Below, piece after piece: positions 15,621 through 24,228 of a DNA stretch of 24,228 bases (the first letter of the stretch is position 1; every line of letters starts with the position of its first letter). The stretch comes from a virus. Its lineage: Duplodnaviria > Caudoviricetes. The stretch covers positions 1 to 24,228 of the IMG/VR virus record IMGVR_UViG_3300042934_000182. One strand, 5' to 3'. The position numbers and the translations under genes are program-made. The notes under the pieces are model-generated. The model saw nothing but the letters and a program-made list of their open reading frames with translations. It did no database searches and had not been told where the DNA came from.

Positions 15621-15745
15621 GAGTGATTCCTCCTCGAAATTATATAAATTAAAAATCCCACCATAATGATGAGCCATACATACCAATATTTGATAAACAA
15701 TTCTCGATCCGTCATGTGGATATAGTCGTGCAGAAATTCAATCAT
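15617..15745 (-). CDS. Small single-TM peptide, 42 aa (MIEFLHDYIHMTDRELFIKYWYVWLIIMVGFLIYIISRRNHS); not in the ORF track
   Basis: AGGGTGA RBS, ATGA coupling to the next gene, hydrophobic helix with a basic tail. Confidence 0.6.
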   Translation of the reverse strand: MIEFLHDYIHMTDRELFIKYWYVWLIIMVGFLIYIISRRNHS

Positions 15746-15766
15746 AGGCATCACCCTAAAATAGTA

Positions 15767-15795
15767 TTAGTAAAAATCACCTACTCTGCTAGAAT
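15767..15795 (+). promoter_or_regulatory. Putative promoter of the antisense moron
   Basis: TTAGTA-17 nt-TAGAAT with TG extension. Confidence 0.5.
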
Positions 15796-15841
15796 GGAAA
15801 TGTCTGGACGGACAAAATCCATAAGAGAGGAGGCGATATAA

Positions 15842-16060
15842 ATGGATAGATTAAGCCCACGCCCTGGATACAATGGGCCTTTGTATTCCTGGAAAGATCT
15901 GAATGATTTTCTTCAAATCAATTTCACGGGCGCTGGTGAGCATCGAGCGATAATTGACCTACGTAACTACACAATGTCTAAAGATGAAATTGTTGCCGAA
16001 GCCACGAAGCAAGGATACAAGGTCTCCGAACAAGATCCGTATCACTTAAAATTTGAGTAA
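15842..16060 (+). CDS. Antisense moron, small hypothetical protein (72 aa)
   Basis: AGAGGAGG RBS; own putative promoter and terminator. Confidence 0.75.
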   Translation: MDRLSPRPGYNGPLYSWKDLNDFLQINFTGAGEHRAIIDLRNYTMSKDEIVAEATKQGYKVSEQDPYHLKFE

Positions 16061-16071
16061 TTTTATTCAAC

Positions 16072-16105
16072 ATCTCAGTTACTGAATAAGTGGCTGAGAT
16101 TTTTT
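16072..16105 (+). terminator. Terminator of the antisense moron
   Basis: ATCTCAGTTACT-gaata-AGTGGCTGAGAT stem (2 G-U pairs) followed by TTTTT. Confidence 0.7.
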
Positions 16106-16315
16106 ATCCTCGGCAATCAAAAATGATACTTCTGCCGCAAGCTGCGCTAGTTGTGTTTCAAGCTGCCTGATTCTTTGCTCGTATTGATACAGCTCTTCTC
16201 TCACAATCTCACGAATTCGATTTTCATATGCTTCACCAAGTAGTGTAAAATCTTGTTCTTTCACACCTTTAACACTAATTGCATCAGCGGAGATAGTCTC
16301 CAAATTCTTAATCAT
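16079..16315 (-). CDS. Small coiled-coil protein
   Basis: ATGA overlap, GAAGGTGA RBS, heptad pattern. Confidence 0.65.
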   Translation of the reverse strand: MIKNLETISADAISVKGVKEQDFTLLGEAYENRIREIVREELYQYEQRIRQLETQLAQLAAEVSFLIAEDKKSQPLIQ

Positions 16316-16755
16316 TTTTTCTCACCTTCTTTCTTCTGTTCAGCTTTCTCAAATGCTTTACAGAGGTAATCGTACGTGTCAGCCTCTTGCATGGAAAATT
16401 CCTTATCACAATCCTCAAGCACTTTTTTAACCGTCTGTAGCATGACTTGGTTGTCTCCGCCATCAATCACGCGCTCTTCCTCATATAATTCCTTGCACGC
16501 TTTTTGGAAATGTTCCATATCCTTCACATCTAGAAGTTCTTGTCCATTCTTGCGGTATGTCTTCGGCTCTCCCTTCTCATTGAGGTTGCACTCTTCCTTT
16601 CGGAGCGCCTTTTCGTCTTCAACAAATATTTCAAGTTTCGCCTGTAACAGCTTGATAAAGTGTGTTCTGTGTCGTGACTGCTGACCTTTAAGGGATAGTC
16701 CGTAAAGTAGATTGATAGCCGGTGCCAGTTTCTGATTTTCGATTTTGATTTCCAT
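16312..16755 (-). CDS. DUF1617-like protein (downstream of the tail fibre)
   Basis: L...L.LKG.QSRHRT.FIKLL...L.EE...I pattern; TAATG coupling. Confidence 0.75.
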   Translation of the reverse strand: MEIKIENQKLAPAINLLYGLSLKGQQSRHRTHFIKLLQAKLEIFVEDEKALRKEECNLNEKGEPKTYRKNGQELLDVKDMEHFQKACKELYEEERVIDGGDNQVMLQTVKKVLEDCDKEFSMQEADTYDYLCKAFEKAEQKKEGEKK

Positions 16756-19700
16756 TATGCTGCCTCCAATAGTTGTACTCGATTGCGAAGATCGTTATTT
16801 TGTTGCACAAGATCATTGATCTGTTGCTGCTGAGTAGCGACTGTGCTTTCCAAGTTTGCTATTTTTAAAACGTCTTGCTGGTGCAACTTGGTGAGTTTCT
16901 GAAATGCTTTGATCGCTAGAAAAATAGAGCTGTGATCGTCCACGGCGTTACCTTCTGCATTCAAAAAGGCGGCAGGTGTGTTATAACCGTCGCCTATAAT
17001 TGGTCCATAGTGAATTACTTCTATTCCCTTTTCGGCTTCTTTTTTGTACCGATATTTATAAATATCGATACTGTTCACGAGGCTTAATGCAATGTCATCT
17101 TCTATGGCTACAATATCTGTTTTTAGCGACGCAAGAGAGTTTGTATACCAGTTGTTTGCCCACGCATCGCCCCAAACGTTTAAACTATGATTGACCACAA
17201 TACCGTTGCTGACGCCAATCTGCCACTCTCCATTTGTTACAATATCGATATGACCATCGCCAGACCAATTGATTCCGGTATCGCTGTCCCCAATCGCAAG
17301 CGTTACTGCAGGTGCACCGTTGTCTCCTTTGCTACGGACAAACATATCTCCATGTACATAAGCAATGCCATTACGAGCGTCCACGCTAAATGCCGGATTA
17401 TTTTGAGGTACTGTCATGCCGGATATTGACGCTGAGATACTAAATCCGTTCCATGTACGTATATTTATATTGTTTTCTTGACCAAGCCCAGCAGCGTCAT
17501 TCGCCAGCTCTATTCGGTGTGCATTATACCCTCCTGATCCATCACGCCAGCCGAATCCTTCCCATTGCCCGCCAAGCATCGTATCCCCTTCGACGTTTAG
17601 CGTGTTGTGAACGTTAATTGTTCGATCTGGTCTAACGGATAGCGCCGGATTACCATTTGCGGTTAAGTCAAAACTTCCATCGCCAGTATCGTTTAACCCG
17701 GTGTCATTATCTCCAATCGCTAACGATACTTGAGGTACCCCAGTGTCGCCCCATGACTTAATAAACAAATTACTGTGGATGTAGGCATCACCTTTACGAG
17801 TGTCTACGCTAAATGCCGGGTTATGCTGAGGCACTGGGAAACCAGGGGATGATGGCGAGATGCTAAAGCCGTCCCAGCTTCGAATGTTCAAATAGTTTTC
17901 TTGCCCCAGTCCCGATGTTCCTGGGCCCTTACCTAAGCGGGCGCCTTGTGTATGCCAGCTCAAAAAACCAGCATCGTCCAGTTGCAAGCTGATTGCATCG
18001 AATAGGTTAGCTCCGTTCATCTCGACGTTTCCTGCGGCATTAACGTGGAACTTTTCTACGTTTGCTTTTGTGATATTTAAACCATTGGCATCCATATAGA
18101 TATCAAGATCACCAGATTTTGAGTGAAGACCGCTATTGTTTAGCCATGTTTGCTGTGAGCCATTTGACTGGTAGATATTAGCGCCGTTGATGCTCACGCC
18201 GTTGATTGTCCCACCAGTTAATACGCCGACATTCTGCGCGATCGCTGACAATTCCACAACATCAAACCTATCCGCTGTCATGCTGTGTGCCACAATTTTA
18301 TTTCCATTTAATTCTCCGAATGTAGCTTTACCAAGATCGATTGATGCGATCATAGCGTGCGTGATTACGGCTTCATCAATTGTCGTCTGTCCGGTGATGT
18401 GCGTCAGTTTACCATCAATCAGTACCGTTCCCGATGCACCGTCTATATTAAGCTGAGTGACGGTATCCCCTTTCTTAACCCGCAGATTGATGTCATTCGC
18501 AAGTTGAGAAATTTTGCTGTTATAAACGTCTGCGCCTACCTTGCCATCAATGCTCGACTGCAAGGACGTTGCCGTCTGCGTGACAAGCGACTTTGTGGCA
18601 TAGTCCTGCTGGACAGTTGTCTGGAAGCCTGTCAGAGTTTGGGATAAACTCGTAAACTGCACAGCCGTTGCCATATCTTCCGGTGCGGGCGACCAGTCAG
18701 AGCTTTTTGTTCCTATCTCGGCTTTAATTCTAGGAACCGAAAAACTAAATGGCTTTGATTGATCAATTGCTTCTACCGTTAATGTATATCGTATAACCGA
18801 AACCGTAGTTTGTCCGGATAAAAAGGATGTTACGCCTTCACCTTGCGACCAGTCAGGTAGATCCGTCCAGTTAGGGCCCCATATGTTAATTGTTAGATAG
18901 CATCTACAGTTTACGAAGTTGGCTCCATAAGTTCGAAAAATATAATTATTATCGTATTCAAAAGGTGTTATATCGGCACCGTGATAATAAATTCGTGCAA
19001 GCGCTTTTGTTCCATCATTTTTAGGCGTTCCATTACCTATAAATCCGTTAGGAGTGTTTGCTGCAATAGAGCCATCTGAGCAATTAAATAAACCTGCATT
19101 TTGGTAGTTAGGATCATTTGTATTCCATCCTGATGCGAAGTCACTTCTAGGTATACGGTTTCTAGCGCCAATCTGGATATTATCCAAATCCGTCTGTACA
19201 CTACTAATCTGACTCGTCAGACTACTACTCGTTGCCGTCAATGCCGTTTGCGTCGCATACTTTGCGTCGGCGTCTTGAGACGTAATCCGAGCAGCAATCT
19301 GATTCGCCTGCGTGGTCAACGTGGCTTCGGCTGTCGATACACGACCAGTCAAGGCGTTTACGCTCGATTGACTTGCCTTTTGCGTTATTGCATTTGTATT
19401 CTGCTGGATATTCGTTTCTGCGCTATCTACACGCCCAGTTAATGTGTTTACCGTTGTCGTACTCGCTTTAGCGTCAAGAGCCGTATCCATCTCGGTTTTT
19501 GTATAGACGCTGTCTGCATCAGCCTTGGTCAGTGCTTCGTTCCATGCGTCCTGTGACTTGTTCCATGCGCTACTTGCTTGGCTTGCCGCGTCTGCCGCAG
19601 TCTGCTGAGCAGCAGTAACAGATGCGTCTAACTGATTTACACGATTAGTCGCTGCATCCGCTGTTGCTACGGCGGCATCCGCCTGATCTTGCGCCGCTTT

Positions 19701-21098
19701 GACGCCGTCTTGTATCGGGTTTACCCACTGTCCATCTTGGTAGACAAATATCGTAACAGTATTATCAGCATTCTCGCGAAACCAAATGTCTTGATTATTC
19801 GCCGCAATCGGTTGCGCCGCTTGGTGGTAGACGGTGTTCTTACCGTTGGCAGATTCCAGTGCATCGATGGCTTTGTTTAGAGCGTCGTTGGCATCTTGAC
19901 TAACAATCAATTGCCACATGGTGCCGTCATAGCGATGCATTTTAGTAAACTGTCCGTTGACAATTTCAAACCACAAATCGCCTTCAAGCAGATCGCCAGA
20001 AGGTTCATCGGTTGAATAAAACGTTTTATTTTTTCCGTTAGCCTGAACAATTGCAACATTGGCCGTTTGATTCGCTTGTTTAACTGCTTCTCTAATTTGA
20101 TTAAATCCGCTGGCGATGCTTGTGGTGATACTTTTCTGCGCGCTTCCTAACTCGACAACCGGGCTAACTGATTTATCAAACGGATTGTCATCTTGGTTTA
20201 TGATTCGGACGGAGAAATCAAGATTCATTCCATCTTTGTCATAAATACACCAGACGCTATCTCCGACTTCATACTCATGCAGTTTTAATCCATTCTTAAT
20301 CAGTTCCTCGACTTCGACTTTTGCGCTGTATTCACCTTCATTAAATTGCGATTCAGCGAATGTGCGTAGTGAATCAAGTACCGTAAACCGTTCATCTTGC
20401 ACGGTCATCGCATAGATTCGTTCAAACTTGTCCCAGTTAGGAGACTTGACAGTTACAGAAACGATTGGATTACCGTCATCATCGTTTTTTCCTTTTGCAG
20501 TCACCTGCGTAACAAGATTATCCGTGTTGAACTCATCCGAAAACGTTTTTAAGTTATGTCCATGTCGAAATTGTGCATCACGTTGCACGCCGATTCGCTT
20601 AGCAATCACAATCCGTGTACCGTACACACGATATTCGACTTGGAAGCGATCAATCAGGTTTTTAAACAAATTCAGCGCGTTGTCATTACCGAAATTCTCG
20701 TACTGTTCAGAAGGAAAGTCTCCGCTGATTTGCACAGTTAATCCTGTCTCAGCAAGTACGATGTCCATCCAGTCCTGTAACGGTTTCTGCGCTGTGTACT
20801 GTTCATCCACCCAATGAGCATAGAGACGGTCAAACATTTCATGGCGTGCGCTGATCTCTTTAGTGACAGCGTCATTATCAGGATCTCGTTCCATATCGTC
20901 AATAATGAACGTATCATCATCTAGCACGATCTTATTCTTATTCACCAATTGATCAAACTGAGTCGCGTTTCTCTCATTACGATCAATCGAAAAAGTGATG
21001 AGATAGTCGCCGTTGATCGCTAGTTTTCGGTGAAATTCATAGAATCCGGTAAGTGGTGCTTCTTCTCCTGATAAAGTTTTCACTATGAGTGCTGTCAT
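16755..21098 (-). CDS. Tal/tail spike-fibre protein: N-terminal baseplate hub domain, coiled coils, CBM-like insert, fibre repeats, C-terminal S74 chaperone
   Basis: ENFGNDNALNLFK..I.RF..EY, F.HG.NL, D.RFT motifs; DWSPAPED; IGDNDTG repeats; SLASLKTDI...Y.Y.YK...G.I. Confidence 0.9.
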   Translation of the reverse strand: MTALIVKTLSGEEAPLTGFYEFHRKLAINGDYLITFSIDRNERNATQFDQLVNKNKIVLDDDTFIIDDMERDPDNDAVTKEISARHEMFDRLYAHWVDEQYTAQKPLQDWMDIVLAETGLTVQISGDFPSEQYENFGNDNALNLFKNLIDRFQVEYRVYGTRIVIAKRIGVQRDAQFRHGHNLKTFSDEFNTDNLVTQVTAKGKNDDDGNPIVSVTVKSPNWDKFERIYAMTVQDERFTVLDSLRTFAESQFNEGEYSAKVEVEELIKNGLKLHEYEVGDSVWCIYDKDGMNLDFSVRIINQDDNPFDKSVSPVVELGSAQKSITTSIASGFNQIREAVKQANQTANVAIVQANGKNKTFYSTDEPSGDLLEGDLWFEIVNGQFTKMHRYDGTMWQLIVSQDANDALNKAIDALESANGKNTVYHQAAQPIAANNQDIWFRENADNTVTIFVYQDGQWVNPIQDGVKAAQDQADAAVATADAATNRVNQLDASVTAAQQTAADAASQASSAWNKSQDAWNEALTKADADSVYTKTEMDTALDAKASTTTVNTLTGRVDSAETNIQQNTNAITQKASQSSVNALTGRVSTAEATLTTQANQIAARITSQDADAKYATQTALTATSSSLTSQISSVQTDLDNIQIGARNRIPRSDFASGWNTNDPNYQNAGLFNCSDGSIAANTPNGFIGNGTPKNDGTKALARIYYHGADITPFEYDNNYIFRTYGANFVNCRCYLTINIWGPNWTDLPDWSQGEGVTSFLSGQTTVSVIRYTLTVEAIDQSKPFSFSVPRIKAEIGTKSSDWSPAPEDMATAVQFTSLSQTLTGFQTTVQQDYATKSLVTQTATSLQSSIDGKVGADVYNSKISQLANDINLRVKKGDTVTQLNIDGASGTVLIDGKLTHITGQTTIDEAVITHAMIASIDLGKATFGELNGNKIVAHSMTADRFDVVELSAIAQNVGVLTGGTINGVSINGANIYQSNGSQQTWLNNSGLHSKSGDLDIYMDANGLNITKANVEKFHVNAAGNVEMNGANLFDAISLQLDDAGFLSWHTQGARLGKGPGTSGLGQENYLNIRSWDGFSISPSSPGFPVPQHNPAFSVDTRKGDAYIHSNLFIKSWGDTGVPQVSLAIGDNDTGLNDTGDGSFDLTANGNPALSVRPDRTINVHNTLNVEGDTMLGGQWEGFGWRDGSGGYNAHRIELANDAAGLGQENNINIRTWNGFSISASISGMTVPQNNPAFSVDARNGIAYVHGDMFVRSKGDNGAPAVTLAIGDSDTGINWSGDGHIDIVTNGEWQIGVSNGIVVNHSLNVWGDAWANNWYTNSLASLKTDIVAIEDDIALSLVNSIDIYKYRYKKEAEKGIEVIHYGPIIGDGYNTPAAFLNAEGNAVDDHSSIFLAIKAFQKLTKLHQQDVLKIANLESTVATQQQQINDLVQQNNDLRNRVQLLEAA
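17211..17912 (-). repeat. Two diverged fibre repeats with a 423-nt (141 aa) period
   Basis: GLGQEN..NIR.W.GFSIS....VPQ.NPAFSVD.R.G.AY.H..F..S.GD.G.P.V.LAIGD.DTG.N..GDG..D...NG occurs twice. Confidence 0.9.
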
Positions 21099-21127
21099 TT
21101 ATCTCACCTCGTTTCATTCAATGACAT

Positions 21128-21970
21128 TTACAAGCAATACGTAGGAAATTCAAACTGTATCGTAAAAGGATCAGAGGAACCAGAAACGCGGATCTGATTT
21201 TCTCCTGGTGCCAAAGTAATAATTTCGTGATTCGTGTCGCTAAAAATCGAAAACCCATTTTTCCGACTAAATACACCGTCAAGTGTGATCTCGTCATCAA
21301 CTGCGCTCGATTCTGTGTACTGCCAAACATCACCAGTAGTCAGGTTCTCGATTTTAAGAGCGCTCGATGTACCCTTAAATGTGATTAACACATCATGGAT
21401 GCGTGGGTCTATCACCGTATCGCCGAGATTGTAGACAGATAACGAAGTAGATGTAAATGAGCGTGTTACTGCCGAATCCGGATAGCCAAGTTCGTCTGCT
21501 AGCGCAGAAAGCGAACCCGTATAGAGTGCATAAGGATAAAATGACACCATTGGTATCGTCACAAGTGCAAGAACGGCCGATTTTCGTTCGAATGAAATCC
21601 GGTCGGACAGCTTGACCTTTTCCCAAATGACATCCGGCCGATCTTCGTCAATGATTTTAAAATAATCTTTGCTGTCAAACAGACGGATGATCTTTGCTTT
21701 CTGTCTTTCGTAGTCATATTTATCAGTCGCTTGCATAAAAAAACGTGCCGTCATAGCGCGAGATCCGTAAGATGTGCCCTTATCAATTACTCCATCAACT
21801 CCGTTGATCGAAGATGACGAAGTTATGGGTGTTGGTGCATCAATATCAAACGACAGAAAAATAAGATTTTGCGCTTCGTCGAGCCGGACCGGAGCCTTGC
21901 CCTCGCGCTGTATCTTAATCGTAGTATCGTTTACCCCAGTTAGCGTCTTGAAATCAGCTGAATACTGCAT
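21128..21970 (-). CDS. Distal tail protein (Dit)
   Basis: Lies between TMP and Tal; G.DG......YG.R, VYNLGD..IDP, ITLAPGENQI; AGGTGG RBS before ATG 21970. Confidence 0.88.
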   Translation of the reverse strand: MQYSADFKTLTGVNDTTIKIQREGKAPVRLDEAQNLIFLSFDIDAPTPITSSSSINGVDGVIDKGTSYGSRAMTARFFMQATDKYDYERQKAKIIRLFDSKDYFKIIDEDRPDVIWEKVKLSDRISFERKSAVLALVTIPMVSFYPYALYTGSLSALADELGYPDSAVTRSFTSTSLSVYNLGDTVIDPRIHDVLITFKGTSSALKIENLTTGDVWQYTESSAVDDEITLDGVFSRKNGFSIFSDTNHEIITLAPGENQIRVSGSSDPFTIQFEFPTYCL

Positions 21971-24228
21971 TGTCTGCCACCTGCTTGTCCTGCAGTTTGT
22001 TAATATCGTCGATGATCGCCTTTGCAATCTTTTTCGACCCAACAATCAAGTTAATTTCAGCCGGTCGTTTGCTCAATTCCGTCTGCTCCATGCTAGCCGT
22101 TACCTCTTGTTGTACACTATCTAATCCGCTTGTCGACAATTGGCTAGAGTAACTAAAGTCTGTTTGCTGTGGCGCAATCTGAGCGGCCTGAGCCATTCCC
22201 TGTGACGCTGATGCTACTTTGCGTTGCATACCGGAGATACCATTGACAAGTCCTTGCCCGGTCATCTGCCCGATCCATGCCATGAAACGAGATGGGGAGT
22301 GCACACCTAATGCGCCCATAATTTTCTTCTTTATTCCACCAGCAACATCAGTGATCGCTGTTAAAACCGACCCTGCCATATTCTTAATGCCCTTAATTAG
22401 TCCTTCAATAATGTTTTTGCCAATGCCGAACAAATCAATTGATTTGAGTGGATTTTTAATAAAGCCAACTACTTTGTTGAATGCCGAACTTGTCGCTGAC
22501 TTTATGCTGTTCCAAGCGCTTGAAATTCCGCTTCGCATGCCATCAACAAGCCCAATTACAGTGCTTTTAATGCCACCCCATACGGATGATGCAACCCCTC
22601 TGATTGCTCCCCAAACAGCACTAGCGGCCGAACGAATCGCATTCCATGCTGAAGATAGACCGCTTTGCAAAGCACTTGCCACGCCGATAATCACGCTCTT
22701 TATGCCATTCCATACAGCAGACGCTACAGTTTTGATTCCGTTCCAAACGGCCACGATAACAGTTTTAATCACATTCCAAACTGTTGAAAACAAAGTCTTA
22801 TAGGCATTTAACTCACCAATGAAGTATGCTTTTAAAGCACCCCATACCACCGAAGCCACTGCCTTGATGCCATTCCAGCAAGTCGATAGGAAACTAGCTA
22901 CAGCACCCCATGCCGCAATCGTCCATTTTTTAACTGTGCCCCAGTTTGCAATAACCAGTGCGACTAGAGCAATCACAGCAGCTGTCACCCATCCAATAGG
23001 TCCTAGTGCAATAAACCACGCCGCCGCCATACGTGCAGCTTGTGCAAGTGCCTGCGCACCCATTAACACCCAACGCGCTACCATAGTGGATGCAGTGACT
23101 ATCATCCCTGCCACCGCCTTAGCCATTGCGGCACCGGTTGACAGTGCCCATGCGGCAGCTACACGAACGGCATTTGCTGTTGCCTGTGCTGCCATAACAA
23201 CCCACTGCGCAACAATCTTAGCCCCTTGAGCAATTGCACTAGCCGCCATTTTTGCCATGGATGCAACAAATGAAGCGGCTGATTTTGCTCCTGAAGCAAT
23301 AACACTAGCAGTCCATACTGCTGCTTGAGCAATACCTTTGGCTAATGCAGTAATCCAACTCCAGATACCTTGTGCCATAAATTTGAGCGATTGGGTAAAG
23401 GTTAAATTTGCAGGTGCTGCTGAACCCATCATTATGGCTGACAGTTTAGTAAACGCTCCACCTGCCAATCCCAGTACGCCTTTTAATCCACCAAACAGTG
23501 TTTGGAAAGCAATAATCTGCGGTGTTAGAGCAACTAAAACGCCAATTACAGTGACCATTACCGCAACGAAAGACGCTACCGCAGGATGTGCCTTTAAGAA
23601 TGCTCCAACCGCCTGTGTAAACGGAACGATAAATTTAAGCACGGCCGCGCCAACCGGAGCAAATCCCACAGCAAGAGCGCCGATAATCTGTACCACATTT
23701 CCAATCAAGGCGATTATCGATGGAGCGTTTTGCCGTACATATCCAATGAACTGCTGAAACTGCTGATTCTGCCCCAGCGTCTGACCCCACTTTTTAAAAG
23801 AGTTTGTCATATTGACAAGTGAGGTCATCATGTCCGCTGATGACGGTCCGAACGCCGAGAACATACCAACGATTCCCAAAGTTAGATTGCCCACTATTTG
23901 TAAAAGCTTCGGACCGTTGGTTTGAACATAGCTGATAAAACTTTGAAATGCCGTTGATTTGCTGACCGTTTCTGTCCACTTTAAAAACGATTGAGACATT
24001 CCGAGCAAGCCGCTACTCATTTTTTGACTGAGTGGGACGAACGCAGTAAATAGGTTCATCATGCCGAGCACCATATTCATTCCTGCTTTTCCGAGTGTCT
24101 CAAGTGACGGCCCAACAGCCTGTCCGAGTGTCTTAAAAAAGTTAATCGCGTCAGTAGACTTCAAGCCTTTGTTGAGCGAATCAACAAGGGTTTCGACCGC
24201 TTGCGTTGCGCCTTGGAAAGTTGGCTTA
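21954..24228 (-). CDS. Tape measure protein (5' partial)
   Basis: Frame open to the window edge; Ala/Gly-rich with ~11-aa Trp periodicity, TM segments, C-terminal LGVHSPSR...IG...G.GL. Confidence 0.93.
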   Translation of the reverse strand, partial: KPTFQGATQAVETLVDSLNKGLKSTDAINFFKTLGQAVGPSLETLGKAGMNMVLGMMNLFTAFVPLSQKMSSGLLGMSQSFLKWTETVSKSTAFQSFISYVQTNGPKLLQIVGNLTLGIVGMFSAFGPSSADMMTSLVNMTNSFKKWGQTLGQNQQFQQFIGYVRQNAPSIIALIGNVVQIIGALAVGFAPVGAAVLKFIVPFTQAVGAFLKAHPAVASFVAVMVTVIGVLVALTPQIIAFQTLFGGLKGVLGLAGGAFTKLSAIMMGSAAPANLTFTQSLKFMAQGIWSWITALAKGIAQAAVWTASVIASGAKSAASFVASMAKMAASAIAQGAKIVAQWVVMAAQATANAVRVAAAWALSTGAAMAKAVAGMIVTASTMVARWVLMGAQALAQAARMAAAWFIALGPIGWVTAAVIALVALVIANWGTVKKWTIAAWGAVASFLSTCWNGIKAVASVVWGALKAYFIGELNAYKTLFSTVWNVIKTVIVAVWNGIKTVASAVWNGIKSVIIGVASALQSGLSSAWNAIRSAASAVWGAIRGVASSVWGGIKSTVIGLVDGMRSGISSAWNSIKSATSSAFNKVVGFIKNPLKSIDLFGIGKNIIEGLIKGIKNMAGSVLTAITDVAGGIKKKIMGALGVHSPSRFMAWIGQMTGQGLVNGISGMQRKVASASQGMAQAAQIAPQQTDFSYSSQLSTSGLDSVQQEVTASMEQTELSKRPAEINLIVGSKKIAKAIIDDINKLQDKQVADNAVFS

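Noticed and set aside
17211-17912. Diversity-generating retroelement TR/VR pair
   Set aside because: Both copies are in frame within one gene, differences are not adenine-specific, and there is no reverse transcriptase in the window
22219-23757. Long plus-strand ORFs (194, 136 and 139 aa)
   Set aside because: Antisense shadows of the Ala-rich tape measure gene, with no RBS or recognisable motifs

Overview
The window is part of a temperate, siphovirus-type phage genome of a Bacillales/Firmicutes host, centred on what looks like an intact attP, so it is probably the excised or virion form. The left arm (minus strand) is the early/middle operon: cro, ORF6N antirepressor, excisionase, small hypotheticals, a SMC/SbcC-like ATPase + Sak4-like ATPase + DUF669-like SSB recombination module, dUTPase, a truncated beta-clamp-like protein, a SigF/SigG-like sigma factor and Zn-finger/HTH proteins. 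The centre (plus strand) holds a cI repressor with an S24 peptidase domain, a tyrosine integrase, attP arm repeats and a lysogenic-conversion cassette of two paralogous membrane-anchored proteins. The right arm (minus strand) is the end of the late operon: tape measure (partial), Dit, a 1447-aa Tal/fibre with an S74 chaperone, DUF1617, an XhlA-like protein, DUF6275, an M15 endolysin and a holin, with one antisense moron. The most notable points are a sigma factor fused in frame to an HTH/coiled-coil gene that keeps its own RBS, a frameshifted Zn-finger/multi-HTH gene, a pocket-only mini beta clamp, matching C-terminal [WF]xPG[EQ]F tails in the recombination module, and duplicated T4-gp37-like fibre repeats. 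All family assignments come from motif recognition by eye; no database search was run.
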